A stretch of 64,000 nt of DNA from Calditrichia bacterium (GTDB taxonomy: Bacteria > Calditrichota > Calditrichia > RBG-13-44-9 > J075). The stretch lies in the NCBI GenBank assembly GCA_050633245.1, contig JBOEGD010000016.1, positions 90,748 to 154,747 of the forward strand. Reading direction: 5' to 3'. Position numbers and translations under genes: made by a program. The stretch's first letter is position 1, and the number at the start of each line of letters is the position of its first letter. Under the pieces are notes generated by a model. It saw only the letters and a list, made by a program, of their open reading frames with translations. It was not told the DNA's origin and made no database searches. This document shows positions 28,253 through 38,412 of the stretch, one piece after another.

Positions 28253-29383
28253 TTACTGGCCACCGAAACAAAATATGGAGCCGTCTGCAGTCGCAACCAG
28301 CAGCTGCCCGTTAATTAATGCGGGCGTTGCCCCAACACTGGCACCTGTGTCATATTCCCATAAAGTTTCTCCATCAGCAAGGCCTAATATGACAATCTCA
28401 CCGCTTTTGGCCGCAATTACTACGCGGTTTTCAATAACCAGCGGTGAGGCATCAATTCGAGCACGCATACTATGTGTCCAAAGCTCTTCGCCGTTGGAAA
28501 TAGCAATTGCGTGGAGCATCTTATCGCGCCCCGCCGCAAATACTTTATTATCTGCAACCGCCGCAGAGGCGTAAAATGGAAACTTGCGTTTAGGGTGCTC
28601 ATAGGACCACAGTATGCTGCCCTTAACAAAGTCTATAGCAACAACGCGATTGTCGTACGTTCCAACATAGGCAATATCACCGACGATTGCCGGACTGGCA
28701 CCGACGTATGCGCCTATTTCAATCGTTTTTTCTTCAACGCCTTCGGTAAGATTGATAACGCGCAGAAAGCCGTCACATCCGGCTACAATTGCGCGGTCTC
28801 CCGCAATTGCAGGCGTGGCATTCACATAGCCATCTGTCTCGATCTTCCAGGCAATCGCGCCATTCTTCTTCTCGAGGCAATAAACAAACTGATCGTAGGA
28901 GCCAAAGAGAACCTGATCTTCATAAAAATTTACGCTGGAAACAATTTCACCTTCGGCCTCAAAACTCCATAGCAGACTTCCATCAACTTTATTTAGACGA
29001 TAAAGCATCCCGCCCTCATCGCCAAAGTAGAGCGAAATTTCGTCTATTGCCGGAGTTGACTTAATGTCGTTTTCAGTCTTAAACGCCCAGAGCACTGCAC
29101 CATCTACAAGGGAAAGCGCTGTAACCATCCCCTCCTCAGTGGCGAAGTAGGCACGTTCGCTATCTGCAACAATACCTGTTTGGATACTGCCTTCCAATGC
29201 GGCAGTCCATTTCAGTTCAGGTTGATTCGTAAACGTTCCGGCTGCTACGCCGGTAAGCGCGGAATTACCGCGAAATACGCGCCACTCCGAATCGGCAGAC
29301 TCTTGCGTTTCATCTGCGATTGTCGCTACAGTAAGAAGCAGCAACACTAAGACACATCGATATATAATCATGTTTATTCTCAT
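28253..29383 (-). CDS. PQQ-like beta-propeller protein (BamB/AfsK-repeat-like), exported
   Basis: Signal peptide, WRVFRGN, regular SSP/ATP...GxxxW repeats, FGSYD, AGCDG, AGRDK. Confidence 0.9.
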   Translation of the reverse strand: MRINMIIYRCVLVLLLLTVATIADETQESADSEWRVFRGNSALTGVAAGTFTNQPELKWTAALEGSIQTGIVADSERAYFATEEGMVTALSLVDGAVLWAFKTENDIKSTPAIDEISLYFGDEGGMLYRLNKVDGSLLWSFEAEGEIVSSVNFYEDQVLFGSYDQFVYCLEKKNGAIAWKIETDGYVNATPAIAGDRAIVAGCDGFLRVINLTEGVEEKTIEIGAYVGASPAIVGDIAYVGTYDNRVVAIDFVKGSILWSYEHPKRKFPFYASAAVADNKVFAAGRDKMLHAIAISNGEELWTHSMRARIDASPLVIENRVVIAAKSGEIVILGLADGETLWEYDTGASVGATPALINGQLLVATADGSIFCFGGQ

Positions 29384-30565
29384 CTAATCAGCAGTATATG
29401 CCAGTTGGTAAATCTCATACAGTTGTTCAGCCTTAACCGGACGTGGATTAAAATTACCTGTCCATTGCTCAGCAGCATCTCCGGAAAGCTGTTTCAATAC
29501 GTCTTCAGACACATCCAGCTCCGATAATAATGTTGGCAATCCGGCGCTTCGAATTAGTTCCTGCAGTCGGGCAACCAAGGGCTCCACCGAATTCGTCGCA
29601 TCCGCGGCAATACCAGCTGCGTGCATTAATTCGCGATACAGATCGGCAGTTGCGTTATCACGAGCATTGTAACGCACAACAGAAGGTAACATAACGGCAA
29701 CGGCCTTCCCATGGGTTATTCCAAATCGAGCAGTTAGGGGATTAGCCGTTGCGTGTGCCGCACCAAGCATGGAGTTTTCGATAGCCATGCCAGAGAAGTT
29801 AGCACCTAAGAGCATATTTCCCCAGTGTTCAATGGTTGGCGATTGAAATATTGCTGCAAAGTTGGCTTCCAAAAGTCGCCAGGCCTCTTTGGCATAAAGC
29901 TGTGAGATGGGATTTCTTCGCGTGCAGACATAACTTTCAACAGCATGTGAAACGGCATCTATTGCAGTAACGGCTCGAACTTCCGAGGGAACACTCTCTG
30001 TAAGCATGGGATCCAGAATGACGTGATGAAAACGGGCTTTAATATCGCCACAGGCCATTTTACGATGCGTTTCGGCATGTGAAATTAGAGCATAAGACTG
30101 TGCTTCGCTACCGGTTCCCGCGGTTGTTGGAATCCCTATAGAAGGTAACATCGGCTTATCTGCTTTTCCATGCCCCCAGTAGTCTTCCATCTTGCCATCG
30201 TTAGTCAGCAGGAAATTTATTCCCTTGGCACAGTCCATTGAGCTTCCACCGCCCAAGGCAATAATCAGTTCAATCTTCCCGGCATTTACGGCAAATTCAA
30301 CACCGCGCTCGACATGTTCAGTAGTAGGGTTTTCTTCTACCGCGCTGAATACATCACAGCGAATCCCCTGGTTCTTCAGCGCATTGAGCGCACGGCTAAC
30401 GTGCCCCGCTGCAATAATTCCCGGATCAGTCACGAGTAAAACGTGTGAAACGTTAAAACCCATGGTTATGGTTCCGAGCTGATTCAATGAGTTGGCGCCG
30501 AAGGTTATTTGAGTGGTCGGCTGAAATTCAAATGACTGCATATATCTTTCGCTATCACTATTCAC
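29384..30565 (-). CDS. Iron-containing alcohol dehydrogenase
   Basis: VTDPG, ENPT, LGGGSSMDCAK, PTTAGTGSEAQ, DAVSHAVE, GAAHATANPL, HGKA; alternative ATG at 30541. Confidence 0.94.
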   Translation of the reverse strand: MNSDSERYMQSFEFQPTTQITFGANSLNQLGTITMGFNVSHVLLVTDPGIIAAGHVSRALNALKNQGIRCDVFSAVEENPTTEHVERGVEFAVNAGKIELIIALGGGSSMDCAKGINFLLTNDGKMEDYWGHGKADKPMLPSIGIPTTAGTGSEAQSYALISHAETHRKMACGDIKARFHHVILDPMLTESVPSEVRAVTAIDAVSHAVESYVCTRRNPISQLYAKEAWRLLEANFAAIFQSPTIEHWGNMLLGANFSGMAIENSMLGAAHATANPLTARFGITHGKAVAVMLPSVVRYNARDNATADLYRELMHAAGIAADATNSVEPLVARLQELIRSAGLPTLLSELDVSEDVLKQLSGDAAEQWTGNFNPRPVKAEQLYEIYQLAYTAD

Positions 30566-30774
30566 AGGTTATTGGGCTATCGCAACTTATCAATAAAAGA
30601 ATACGCATGCTACCGGCAGAAGTTACGTTTTAGATTGAGCCAATACAACTGTAAAACGACTCCCCTACTCTCTAAGGTTTATTACCTTATTGCAGTAAAA
30701 AAGTTCACTGTTCGTGGCTAATAATAATTTGATGTGGGAAATGCAGGGATAGTAACAAAATGTTGAAACGAAGT

Positions 30775-30812
30775 AAAAAAAGAACCCCGATTGATGCGAA
30801 GCACCAATCGGG
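30775..30812 (-). terminator. Rho-independent terminator of the lipoprotein gene
   Basis: Minus strand CCCGATTGGTGC-TTC-GCATCAATCGGG followed by GTTCTTTTTTT. Confidence 0.85.
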
Positions 30813-30834
30813 CGGTCTGTGAGGAAATTCCTTT

Positions 30835-31674
30835 TTAGGGACAGGTTATATCTTCACCTTGTGAATCCCAACAGCGCCAATTGGTATCGCCAAAGCGGTT
30901 TTCATCTGCTACGCGACCAGCAGTAACAGTGGGGTTACGATCCCACTCAATGTCCGTTTGATTGCCAGTCTCAGCATTGTAAATATCGTAAAAGAGTTCA
31001 AAGTCGCCATTAGTCAATCTGCCATATTCGATGTAACTACCTTTACCGGCATTTCCATCCAAAACATTGGTATATTTTACGCTCGCATCTTCAGATTGCA
31101 AATCCCGCTGCCATTCAATGAAGAGAAAAGACGTTTCAACTGCACGGTTTGGATCGTTTAATGTCCAGGTGCCTTCCGTTATCAGTAAATCAGATTGTCC
31201 GTAAAACCAGAGGCGGTCGGTAAATGCGCCATCGCGTGAAACAAACATTTCCCACTGGATCTGATTAGATTCCAGTCTGCCATATAATTTGGCAGAATGT
31301 TGGACACCTAAAACCGGGAAATTATAGCTCCAAAGCCATGAGCCATCTTCCTGACGAACCGGATCGTGATTAAAAGACTCACCGAATGCTGCAACCGGAC
31401 CGACCAGAGTAACAACCAGAATAGTATTCCAGATTCCAACATTTAGCGCAGCCCAGTTCAAGTGGGCACGAGTTTTACCGGCTGGCAGCTCTGCCGGTGC
31501 AGGATTAGCTAGAAAATCAAAGTTCATCAGCATGGTATTTTCCGGAGGCAGCTCAGGTGCAGTCTCCCCATCTCCCGGCCCGGATAGATCTTCCGCACAT
31601 GATGATAGAATTGTAATCGAAAATAGAAGTATTGCAAAAAGTCTCAAAAAAGTATTGGTTCGTAGTGTTTTCAT
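30835..31674 (-). CDS. Hypothetical lipoprotein
   Basis: ILSS-C lipobox, GGAG SD, beta-rich body ending in CWD...C. Confidence 0.8.
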   Translation of the reverse strand: MKTLRTNTFLRLFAILLFSITILSSCAEDLSGPGDGETAPELPPENTMLMNFDFLANPAPAELPAGKTRAHLNWAALNVGIWNTILVVTLVGPVAAFGESFNHDPVRQEDGSWLWSYNFPVLGVQHSAKLYGRLESNQIQWEMFVSRDGAFTDRLWFYGQSDLLITEGTWTLNDPNRAVETSFLFIEWQRDLQSEDASVKYTNVLDGNAGKGSYIEYGRLTNGDFELFYDIYNAETGNQTDIEWDRNPTVTAGRVADENRFGDTNWRCWDSQGEDITCP

Positions 31675-31856
31675 GTTAAGCTCCTTCAGTGAAAGGTTTA
31701 TATATCAGTCACTATACATATTACACAGAACGTGCCAACTTGCTGAAAAACATCTTAATTACAATAGGAACAGAGATTTAAAAATGAAAAGATAGTCAGT
31801 ATGAATCGAAATAAAGAGTGAACAGCAGATACGGTGTGAATATTTAACAACAGATC

Positions 31857-34073
31857 CTAACCACGCCGGCTGATCATAATCAGTGGACAATCTGTATTTT
31901 GCCCAATTGTTAATGCAAAGCTCCCGAATATCTTTTTGCGACGCCCAATCCGCTGGAGGCCGAGGATCATTAAATCGCAATCTTCAGAAAGCCGCACAAA
32001 CTCTTTAATCGCATTCTCACTACGCACAACGGTAATCGTCGACCGCACCGGAACTTCGTCGTTGGCCATCTGCTGCAGTTTTTTGCGCGCACGCTGCTCC
32101 TGCCCCTTTGTCATTGATGGAGGAACCACGCGTAAAAAAGTGATTTCCCGATGGCCCGTCCGGCATAAGCTGCCTAACAGACGAGCGCGAAGTAAATCAT
32201 GCCCTCCCCTGCCTCCAACACCAACAATTATTCGCTTTGCTTGTGAAAGATGCCAGCCACTTCGGGAGCGCAATACCACCACGTCGCAATCGACACCACT
32301 CATAATTTCTTCGAGATGACTACCCGTCGGACCATCTGGCGACAAGCTATGTGCACCTAACAGCAGGCTCTCGCATCCATGCGTAGCCGCAACCCGCGAG
32401 ATTTCCTTCCATGCTTCCGGTGAAATCGTTGTAAGAGCTTCCGGTTTCAGACCCGCCGCGAACGACGCAGTGAGTGCCTCACGCAGCACCTGCTGCGCTT
32501 CAATAAGTCGATGGTGTGGTTCACCGGCACGCCAGCCGCCTTTGTCTACCAAAACAGAGAGTAATAAAACGCGCCCTACACGTGGTGGAGCCAGCGCATT
32601 AGCCACGGTGACCATTGCTTCTGCATTGGCCGGATTGGCAATTGGCACCAAAACCAGCGGACGTTTTCCGCGTAGCTGTGCCAGCTCGGGATCAAGCGCT
32701 TCAAATGCAGCATCGGCGGCAGAAGCCCGTCGGGCAAAAGAAACCAAATAGAGCAATCCACCAGCCGCAAGCCATGCGAAGCCGATGATACCAGCGCGCG
32801 GCACCATAATGCCCTGGAAGATTGCCAGGGCCAGACAAGACAATGCACCAAGCACCGGAAGAACTGGAAACAACGGGATCATAAACTGAGCCGTGTCGGT
32901 GCTGCGAAGTCGGGCAAGAATGCTGGTATAATGCGCGAGGGCAAAGGAGATTAGAAAAATAAGTGACGATACGGCTCCCGCTGCAGCCACGTCTGAAATG
33001 AGCGTAAGCAATACGGCAACCATCAGTGCGCTTAATAAGATCGCCGCAACCGGCGTTTGTCTCACCGGATGCAGTTTGCCCATTGCTGCAGGCAGAGTAT
33101 TATCCTGAGCCATAGCACGGGCAACCCGTGATGCGGCGAACAGGTTCGCCTGCAGAGCAGAGAGCATCGATAAAATTGCTGCCAGAATAACAATCCAATA
33201 TCCGGTTGGGCCAAGATAGTTCTGAGCTGCCACAGCCACCACCGTCTCCGGGTTATCGCGGCTAATTTCCTGAATCGATTCTGCATCTCCCACACCGACA
33301 GTAGCGATTACAAATAAAAAGGGCAGATAAATCAACATGCCGATACCCAGCGAGGTCAGCATGGAACGAGGGATGGTTTTACCCGGGTCTTTCACTTCCC
33401 CACCGATTGCGGCAATCAAATCGAACCCCTGCAGGGCAATAAACGTGTATCCCATTGCCTGAAACAAGCCCGCCGCTCCTTCAGGAAAGAACGGGCTAAG
33501 TCTGGCAACGCCCTTGGCGGTATCACCTGTTAACCAAATCCAAATACCCGCAAGAATAAGTCCAATAAATAGGACAACCTTTCCGATCGTTTCAAATTGT
33601 CCACCGCCACCAGTTGAGCGCAATAATGAGAGCACATAAATACCGGTTGCCAACAGAGCGAGTAAACTTTCGAACCTGGCATGATGCAGCAAAGCCAGCT
33701 GCCAACCGAGCGCATCGCCGATTCCAATAAGTGCAACCTTAAAAAACGAGGCAAAGCCAAGTGCATAAAGCAGTGCAGCGACAATTGAAGCAAACCAGAC
33801 AATCCAGCCAATAAAAAATGCCGCTTGAACGGAAAACACCTTCTTTGAAAAAGCATAGGTGCCGCCAGACTCCGGAAAGCGCGCAGATAGTTCGGAGAAA
33901 CTGAATACCGTAAGCAGGGCAATTACTCCGTTAAGAGCGAACGCCAAAATAGCCCCGGGACCGGTTATTGAGAAGGCAACACCAGCCAGCGCCAAAATTC
34001 CGCCGCCGACAATTGCGCCAACGCCAATCATCGTCGCGCCGGAATAACCGATATGTCTGGTAGATTTTGCCAT
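31857..34073 (-). CDS. APC-family amino acid permease fused to universal-stress-protein domains
   Basis: GVGAIVGGGI, ELSARFPESGG.Y, GEVKDP; C-terminal VLVPIANP, LMILG, CPLIMI USP motifs. Confidence 0.92.
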   Translation of the reverse strand: MAKSTRHIGYSGATMIGVGAIVGGGILALAGVAFSITGPGAILAFALNGVIALLTVFSFSELSARFPESGGTYAFSKKVFSVQAAFFIGWIVWFASIVAALLYALGFASFFKVALIGIGDALGWQLALLHHARFESLLALLATGIYVLSLLRSTGGGGQFETIGKVVLFIGLILAGIWIWLTGDTAKGVARLSPFFPEGAAGLFQAMGYTFIALQGFDLIAAIGGEVKDPGKTIPRSMLTSLGIGMLIYLPFLFVIATVGVGDAESIQEISRDNPETVVAVAAQNYLGPTGYWIVILAAILSMLSALQANLFAASRVARAMAQDNTLPAAMGKLHPVRQTPVAAILLSALMVAVLLTLISDVAAAGAVSSLIFLISFALAHYTSILARLRSTDTAQFMIPLFPVLPVLGALSCLALAIFQGIMVPRAGIIGFAWLAAGGLLYLVSFARRASAADAAFEALDPELAQLRGKRPLVLVPIANPANAEAMVTVANALAPPRVGRVLLLSVLVDKGGWRAGEPHHRLIEAQQVLREALTASFAAGLKPEALTTISPEAWKEISRVAATHGCESLLLGAHSLSPDGPTGSHLEEIMSGVDCDVVVLRSRSGWHLSQAKRIIVGVGGRGGHDLLRARLLGSLCRTGHREITFLRVVPPSMTKGQEQRARKKLQQMANDEVPVRSTITVVRSENAIKEFVRLSEDCDLMILGLQRIGRRKKIFGSFALTIGQNTDCPLIMISRRG

Positions 34074-34180
34074 TTATTGATTAATCTTTCATTGTGTGAG
34101 GCTGCAAAGATAATACGATTTTCAGCTGGTCGCAATCTGAATACACGGCAATACCGTCAATGGCTTGACTAAGCGGTACA

Positions 34181-35395
34181 ATGGGAGTATTATTGTCCAT
34201 GAATGCGAATCACATGTTGAGAGTATTTTCGATTACTTTCGCCGCGCCCTGCCCTTCGGCTCCGCTCAGGGAGCGGGCTATTGCGTTCCCCGAGCCCTTC
34301 GGCTACGCTCAGGATAAACTCAACCGGGGGGAAAGGTTTCATTTTTCTGAGGGTAATCCGGGTCATGCTTTTCAACTCCTGATTCGCATCATAAATCGAC
34401 TTTTATTACTAATAGTATTATCGTCCAGCCTATTTGCACAATCGCTGGAGCCAGAGCTGTTGCCGGATTTACGGTCAGACTTTCTCCAGCAGACTGAGTT
34501 TACCAGTACCACAACTGCGCATATAAATAGCTATCTGCAATATTATTCACTGCCAGATTCGGTAGACTATCGATACCGCAGTATCTCTGCCGATACGTTT
34601 CAGTTAGCCGTGCAGATTTTCTCTCCGCCAGATCCGACCGGTAGCATGCTGATAGTTCATGGCTACAATGCGCATGCCGGACTTCAGCAACAGCTGATTC
34701 GGCATCTTCTGGACATGAAGATGCGGGTTATTCTATACGATCAGCCGGGACACGGGCTGTCTACCGGCAAAACGGCGAGCATAGCAGAGTTTGATGTATA
34801 TGGTGAAGCATTACAAAGCGTTATCAATGCCACCTCCGACTATCTCACCGAGCCGCAGTTGATGATGGGACACAGTATGGGCTGCGCGGTTATCCTGACC
34901 TGGCTACAGGAAAATCCGCAAACCGCATTCGAAGATTATATCTTTCTGGCTCCATTGGTGAAACATCGCTTTTGGCAGCTCGGTAAGCTTGGCACGAAGG
35001 TCATTTCTCCAATGCGTAACAGCATCCCACGCCGGTTTAAAGCATCCTCCAGCGATACTGCCTTTGTGAGTTTTTGGCGTAAGGATCCGCTAATGGGCCG
35101 AAAAGTGCCGCTTGAATGGGTGCAGGCACTTTATCGCTGGTATGAAAGTGTTAAATCAGTGCAGCAGTTTCCGGGTAAACTGCTTGTTGTGCAGGGAGAT
35201 AAAGATCGCGTTGTTGACTGGCGGTTCAACCTGCCCTTTTTAGCAGAGCGCTTCTCCGGCGAGCGCCTCTACCTGCTTGAAGGAGCGATGCACCAGCTGC
35301 AAAATGAAGGATTGCCGCTAAGAAAGCGCGTGCTTCAACAAATCGGATTTTGGGTGCAGGATAAGCAGGAAGAGTTGGTTGAGGTTTTGGAGTAG
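34181..35395 (+). CDS. Alpha/beta hydrolase (lysophospholipase-like); start uncertain
   Basis: VHGY, DQPGHG, GHSMG nucleophile, QGDKDRVVD, GAMH; N-terminus runs through a REP-like element. Confidence 0.85.
   Translation: MGVLLSMNANHMLRVFSITFAAPCPSAPLRERAIAFPEPFGYAQDKLNRGERFHFSEGNPGHAFQLLIRIINRLLLLIVLSSSLFAQSLEPELLPDLRSDFLQQTEFTSTTTAHINSYLQYYSLPDSVDYRYRSISADTFQLAVQIFSPPDPTGSMLIVHGYNAHAGLQQQLIRHLLDMKMRVILYDQPGHGLSTGKTASIAEFDVYGEALQSVINATSDYLTEPQLMMGHSMGCAVILTWLQENPQTAFEDYIFLAPLVKHRFWQLGKLGTKVISPMRNSIPRRFKASSSDTAFVSFWRKDPLMGRKVPLEWVQALYRWYESVKSVQQFPGKLLVVQGDKDRVVDWRFNLPFLAERFSGERLYLLEGAMHQLQNEGLPLRKRVLQQIGFWVQDKQEELVEVLE
34251..34331. repeat. REP-like elements inside the 5' part of the hydrolase ORF
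   Basis: CCCTTCGGCTCCGCTCAGGGAGCG and CCCGAGCCCTTCGGCTACGCTCAGGATAAAC share the core seen at 26.5, 28.1 and 50.1 kb. Confidence 0.75.
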
Positions 35396-35713
35396 GAATA
35401 TGGTTCAGAACCTGCTTGTAAACGTAGTAAAACCGCTACGTTCCACAGAATAAGTGTCAAGGTCAATCTGCTCAAAAGCCATGTTTTAAAGGCGTTCTTG
35501 AGGATTTGCGGTTTAGTGTTTTGCAAGGTTTATTCGCATATTGTTGGTACTCGCGAAATTGATAGAATTTTCTTTAATAATTTGAAGTGAAAATTGCTAA
35601 CAACTTCTAAAAAAAGATCTATCCCGCCTTTTTATTGTTAGAAGACTGATATATATTGCAAGTATTATTAAAAATCGATGGAAACGGATCTCACCCTAAA
35701 ATAGTATTCTTTG

Positions 35714-36712
35714 TTATCTGTTCATAATAAACATACGAATAAGCCCTTCTGTCTCTTTCGAATTATTTGCATAAGGCTCTAATGCTTTTCCGATTATTGT
35801 TCCCAATGCGTTCTGAGGGACATTACACTTCATCGCTACTCCTCTTTGAGTTGAGGAGACGAGTAAATCACCTACTTCGATACTACCGCCTTCAGCACAC
35901 ACACGTACATAGACTTGCCCACCAATTGCAATTGGTAAATCGCTACTTCCGTCTTTTCTTGTTCCAATTACCAAACCTGGTGAAAAGTCACCCGCGCCGC
36001 TAATAACACCAACGACCTTTTGATCAAACGCTTCAACTGAAGGTAAAATTCCATTTGCCTCCTCAGACGCAGACATAACAGTACCTGGAATTACACCATT
36101 ACGAGCAGATAATTCGAAAACTTCAGCAAAATCATGAACTTTCTTACCATGAACGTTAACATAACCGTGATATTCATATCTATCCCATGTATTGCTGCGT
36201 AAAAATTGATTTTTATCAATTTTAGTTCGATAGTTAGGATTTTTTACTCTCTGCACACCAATTTCAACTTTACGAGTTCCTGAAGGTTGATTAAATATCA
36301 GAATCCCGGTAGAATCCCTTGAATGACCTATATACACTGTTGCAACGTTTATTTTATTGAAATTAATTCCATTTTCAGATAAGGGAAATTTAAGGGGGCT
36401 GTAATATTTTTTATAGAAATCGGAATAAAATTTAATATGGCCGTTATTTTTTATACTAAATTTGTCTGGAATATTGCCTGGCTCTCCACTAAGACCTCGA
36501 TATCCTCTGGGCCCTCTTTCTCCAGGAGATCCTTGAGATCCTCTTTCTCCTTTCTGTTTTTGCAAATCTTGTAATATTTTTTTTAATTGAATTATCTCAT
36601 TTTCATGTTTCTTAACCAGATCTGATATACTTTGTGTTTGTGAGAAAAGCGGGGCGATAAAGGTAATAGACAAAAAGATGGTTACAATTTTAATATTAGA
36701 ATATCGAGTCAT
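35714..36712 (-). CDS. Secreted coiled-coil + short collagen-repeat protein with a C-terminal DFAE-type (peptidase G2/IMC-like) domain
   Basis: Signal peptide; GER GSQ GSP GER GPR GYR GLS GEP repeats; DFAEVF...VVGVISG...GQVYVRV...GDLLVSS...IIGKALE. Confidence 0.75.
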   Translation of the reverse strand: MTRYSNIKIVTIFLSITFIAPLFSQTQSISDLVKKHENEIIQLKKILQDLQKQKGERGSQGSPGERGPRGYRGLSGEPGNIPDKFSIKNNGHIKFYSDFYKKYYSPLKFPLSENGINFNKINVATVYIGHSRDSTGILIFNQPSGTRKVEIGVQRVKNPNYRTKIDKNQFLRSNTWDRYEYHGYVNVHGKKVHDFAEVFELSARNGVIPGTVMSASEEANGILPSVEAFDQKVVGVISGAGDFSPGLVIGTRKDGSSDLPIAIGGQVYVRVCAEGGSIEVGDLLVSSTQRGVAMKCNVPQNALGTIIGKALEPYANNSKETEGLIRMFIMNR

Positions 36713-36766
36713 TTTTTACCTCGTGAAAATTTTTATTTGCAAAAATTTATGTAAAATGTTCAGATT

Positions 36767-37777
36767 CTACTTGCAAGGTCCAACATCTGACCAATTTAAA
36801 GGTCTATTCGTAGTAACGCTTTGTGTGAGGCATGAGTTATTCCCCAAGTCTTTCTGAAAATCGTAGGGTCGATCGGCTGTAGAGACATCTTCTGGTAGGG
36901 ACACAATTTCAATCATTTCTTCTGTAATCTTATCTCCCTGCTCCCCATCTGATTTTAAATAAATTCCAGGCTCGCGTTCAGGTAAAAATATGTCCAAATG
37001 ACTGGACGAGAAAAAAATGCCAGTTATTACCGATAGTAAGATGCAAGCTCTCCATACCAACGGTATTAAACGCTTATGTTTATTATGATTCTGCTGTATT
37101 TTTAATTTTTGATTTTGTGTTTGAATTACTACATTTGACTGATTTTTAGTCCCTGTTTCTTTTTGACTTCTCTTATCGTTAGCCCGGAGCTTTGTTCGAT
37201 CTAGCTTCCCTGCTTCTCGCTGAAACTTGCCTTGCTCCTCTTGTAACAAAGCTCTTCTTTTTTCAGATAATATATGTAGATTTTTCTGCTTCTCTTTTTC
37301 GAATTCTTTTAACAAATCGCGATATTCTTGCAAGGATACACCTAATTGGCCATCATTGGGAGACAATTCCAATTGGCTTCTGAAAGTCCTAAGCACCAGT
37401 TCAAAACCTTCTTTCTCAAACAAATCACAGTAATGAATATCAGAAAAGCGCTCTGGAATTTCACACTCATTTAACCTTACTGGGATAATAAAAAGCTTTC
37501 CTTCAGGCATTTCTTCTAATGTATCTAATGCTAGTTTATACTCTCGCTGTACATAGCCCCGTTTTGCTACTGATTGTTTTGAAAAAAAGATCATTACAAA
37601 CCGCGCTGTCTTTAGAGCCTTTGAAGTTTCCATTCTCCAATTCTGCCCCAATAATAAGTCCTTTTTATCCATCCAAGGACTAAATCCAGCCTTAATTAAT
37701 TGTTGATAAACAGCTTTTACTGCCAAAATATCTTCTCGTGCGTAGCATAAGAAGATTCTGGCTTCATTGACTCTCAT
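36767..37777 (-). CDS. TIR-domain protein with coiled coil and C-terminal TM
   Basis: RIFLCYARED, GFSPWMDK, GQNW, SVAKRGYVQRE, FIIPVRL; hydrophobic LVWRACILLSVITGIFF; ATG 37777 chosen (ORF track starts at 37813). Confidence 0.85.
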   Translation of the reverse strand: MRVNEARIFLCYAREDILAVKAVYQQLIKAGFSPWMDKKDLLLGQNWRMETSKALKTARFVMIFFSKQSVAKRGYVQREYKLALDTLEEMPEGKLFIIPVRLNECEIPERFSDIHYCDLFEKEGFELVLRTFRSQLELSPNDGQLGVSLQEYRDLLKEFEKEKQKNLHILSEKRRALLQEEQGKFQREAGKLDRTKLRANDKRSQKETGTKNQSNVVIQTQNQKLKIQQNHNKHKRLIPLVWRACILLSVITGIFFSSSHLDIFLPEREPGIYLKSDGEQGDKITEEMIEIVSLPEDVSTADRPYDFQKDLGNNSCLTQSVTTNRPLNWSDVGPCK

Positions 37778-38412
37778 TTTGTTGCTTCCTGCTTCAGTGT
37801 AGTTAGTACACAAACATCTATTTCGCTGATTAACATTCAGAGAGAAAAGTGATTACTTGACATGTTAAACAGGTAATTTTATCGACTAAAAAATGTGTTA
37901 TCTAGGATCTTTTCTAGATTACAATATTGTGAAGCGACTAATCAAACTTCATGAAATATTTTAAAGTGCAACAACCTTAGCTTAATAAAGGTTAGTTGTT
38001 GGTTTTAGCGATGCTAAGGTTTGAGGAGTTTTTATAAAATATACATTCTGGGCAAGATTCAAAAGGGGAATAATCTTTCTAAAATATATCAGCTGAAATT
38101 GAATCAGCTGAGACTGAGAAAGCTCCTGAAAAAACTCTCGGGGTTTCTTGAATCCTACCCAGTTTCTAATCCACCGTATTCATAAGGTGCAGGCTCTTTT
38201 GCTCCATACGGTGATGATTCTTTGAGTTATGTGAGAGGCGAAGAACCTACACAAAACGGTCATTTCTCTTTAACTGAAAAGACAACTGCAACAACATTTA
38301 GTGCTTTCTGACAGCAGCCGCGGTATGAATTAAATCGAACGGATGAACATTGAATCCACGTTGGCAAAATTTTGGTTTTAGCGGATGTTTACAAACTTGT
38401 GTCCATTAAGAT

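Noticed and set aside
28025-28318. Short ORFs beside the radical SAM gene as a RiPP/PqqA-like precursor
   Set aside because: They are translations of REP-like elements; there is no ExxxY core in a precursor-like context, and the enzyme has no SPASM or RRE domain.
28253-29383. Calling the propeller bamB
   Set aside because: No lipobox and no der/yfgM context; it abuts the Fe-ADH gene.
31721-31738. Sigma-54 promoter for the lipoprotein gene (TTGGCACG-N4-GTGTA on the minus strand)
   Set aside because: The -24 element is good but the -12 GC is missing; not supportable without a TSS.
37820-38410. Possible gene remnant or IS end, with AACCTTAGC/GCTAAGGTT inverted repeat
   Set aside because: Only short stop-interrupted frames with no recognisable homology or transposase motif.
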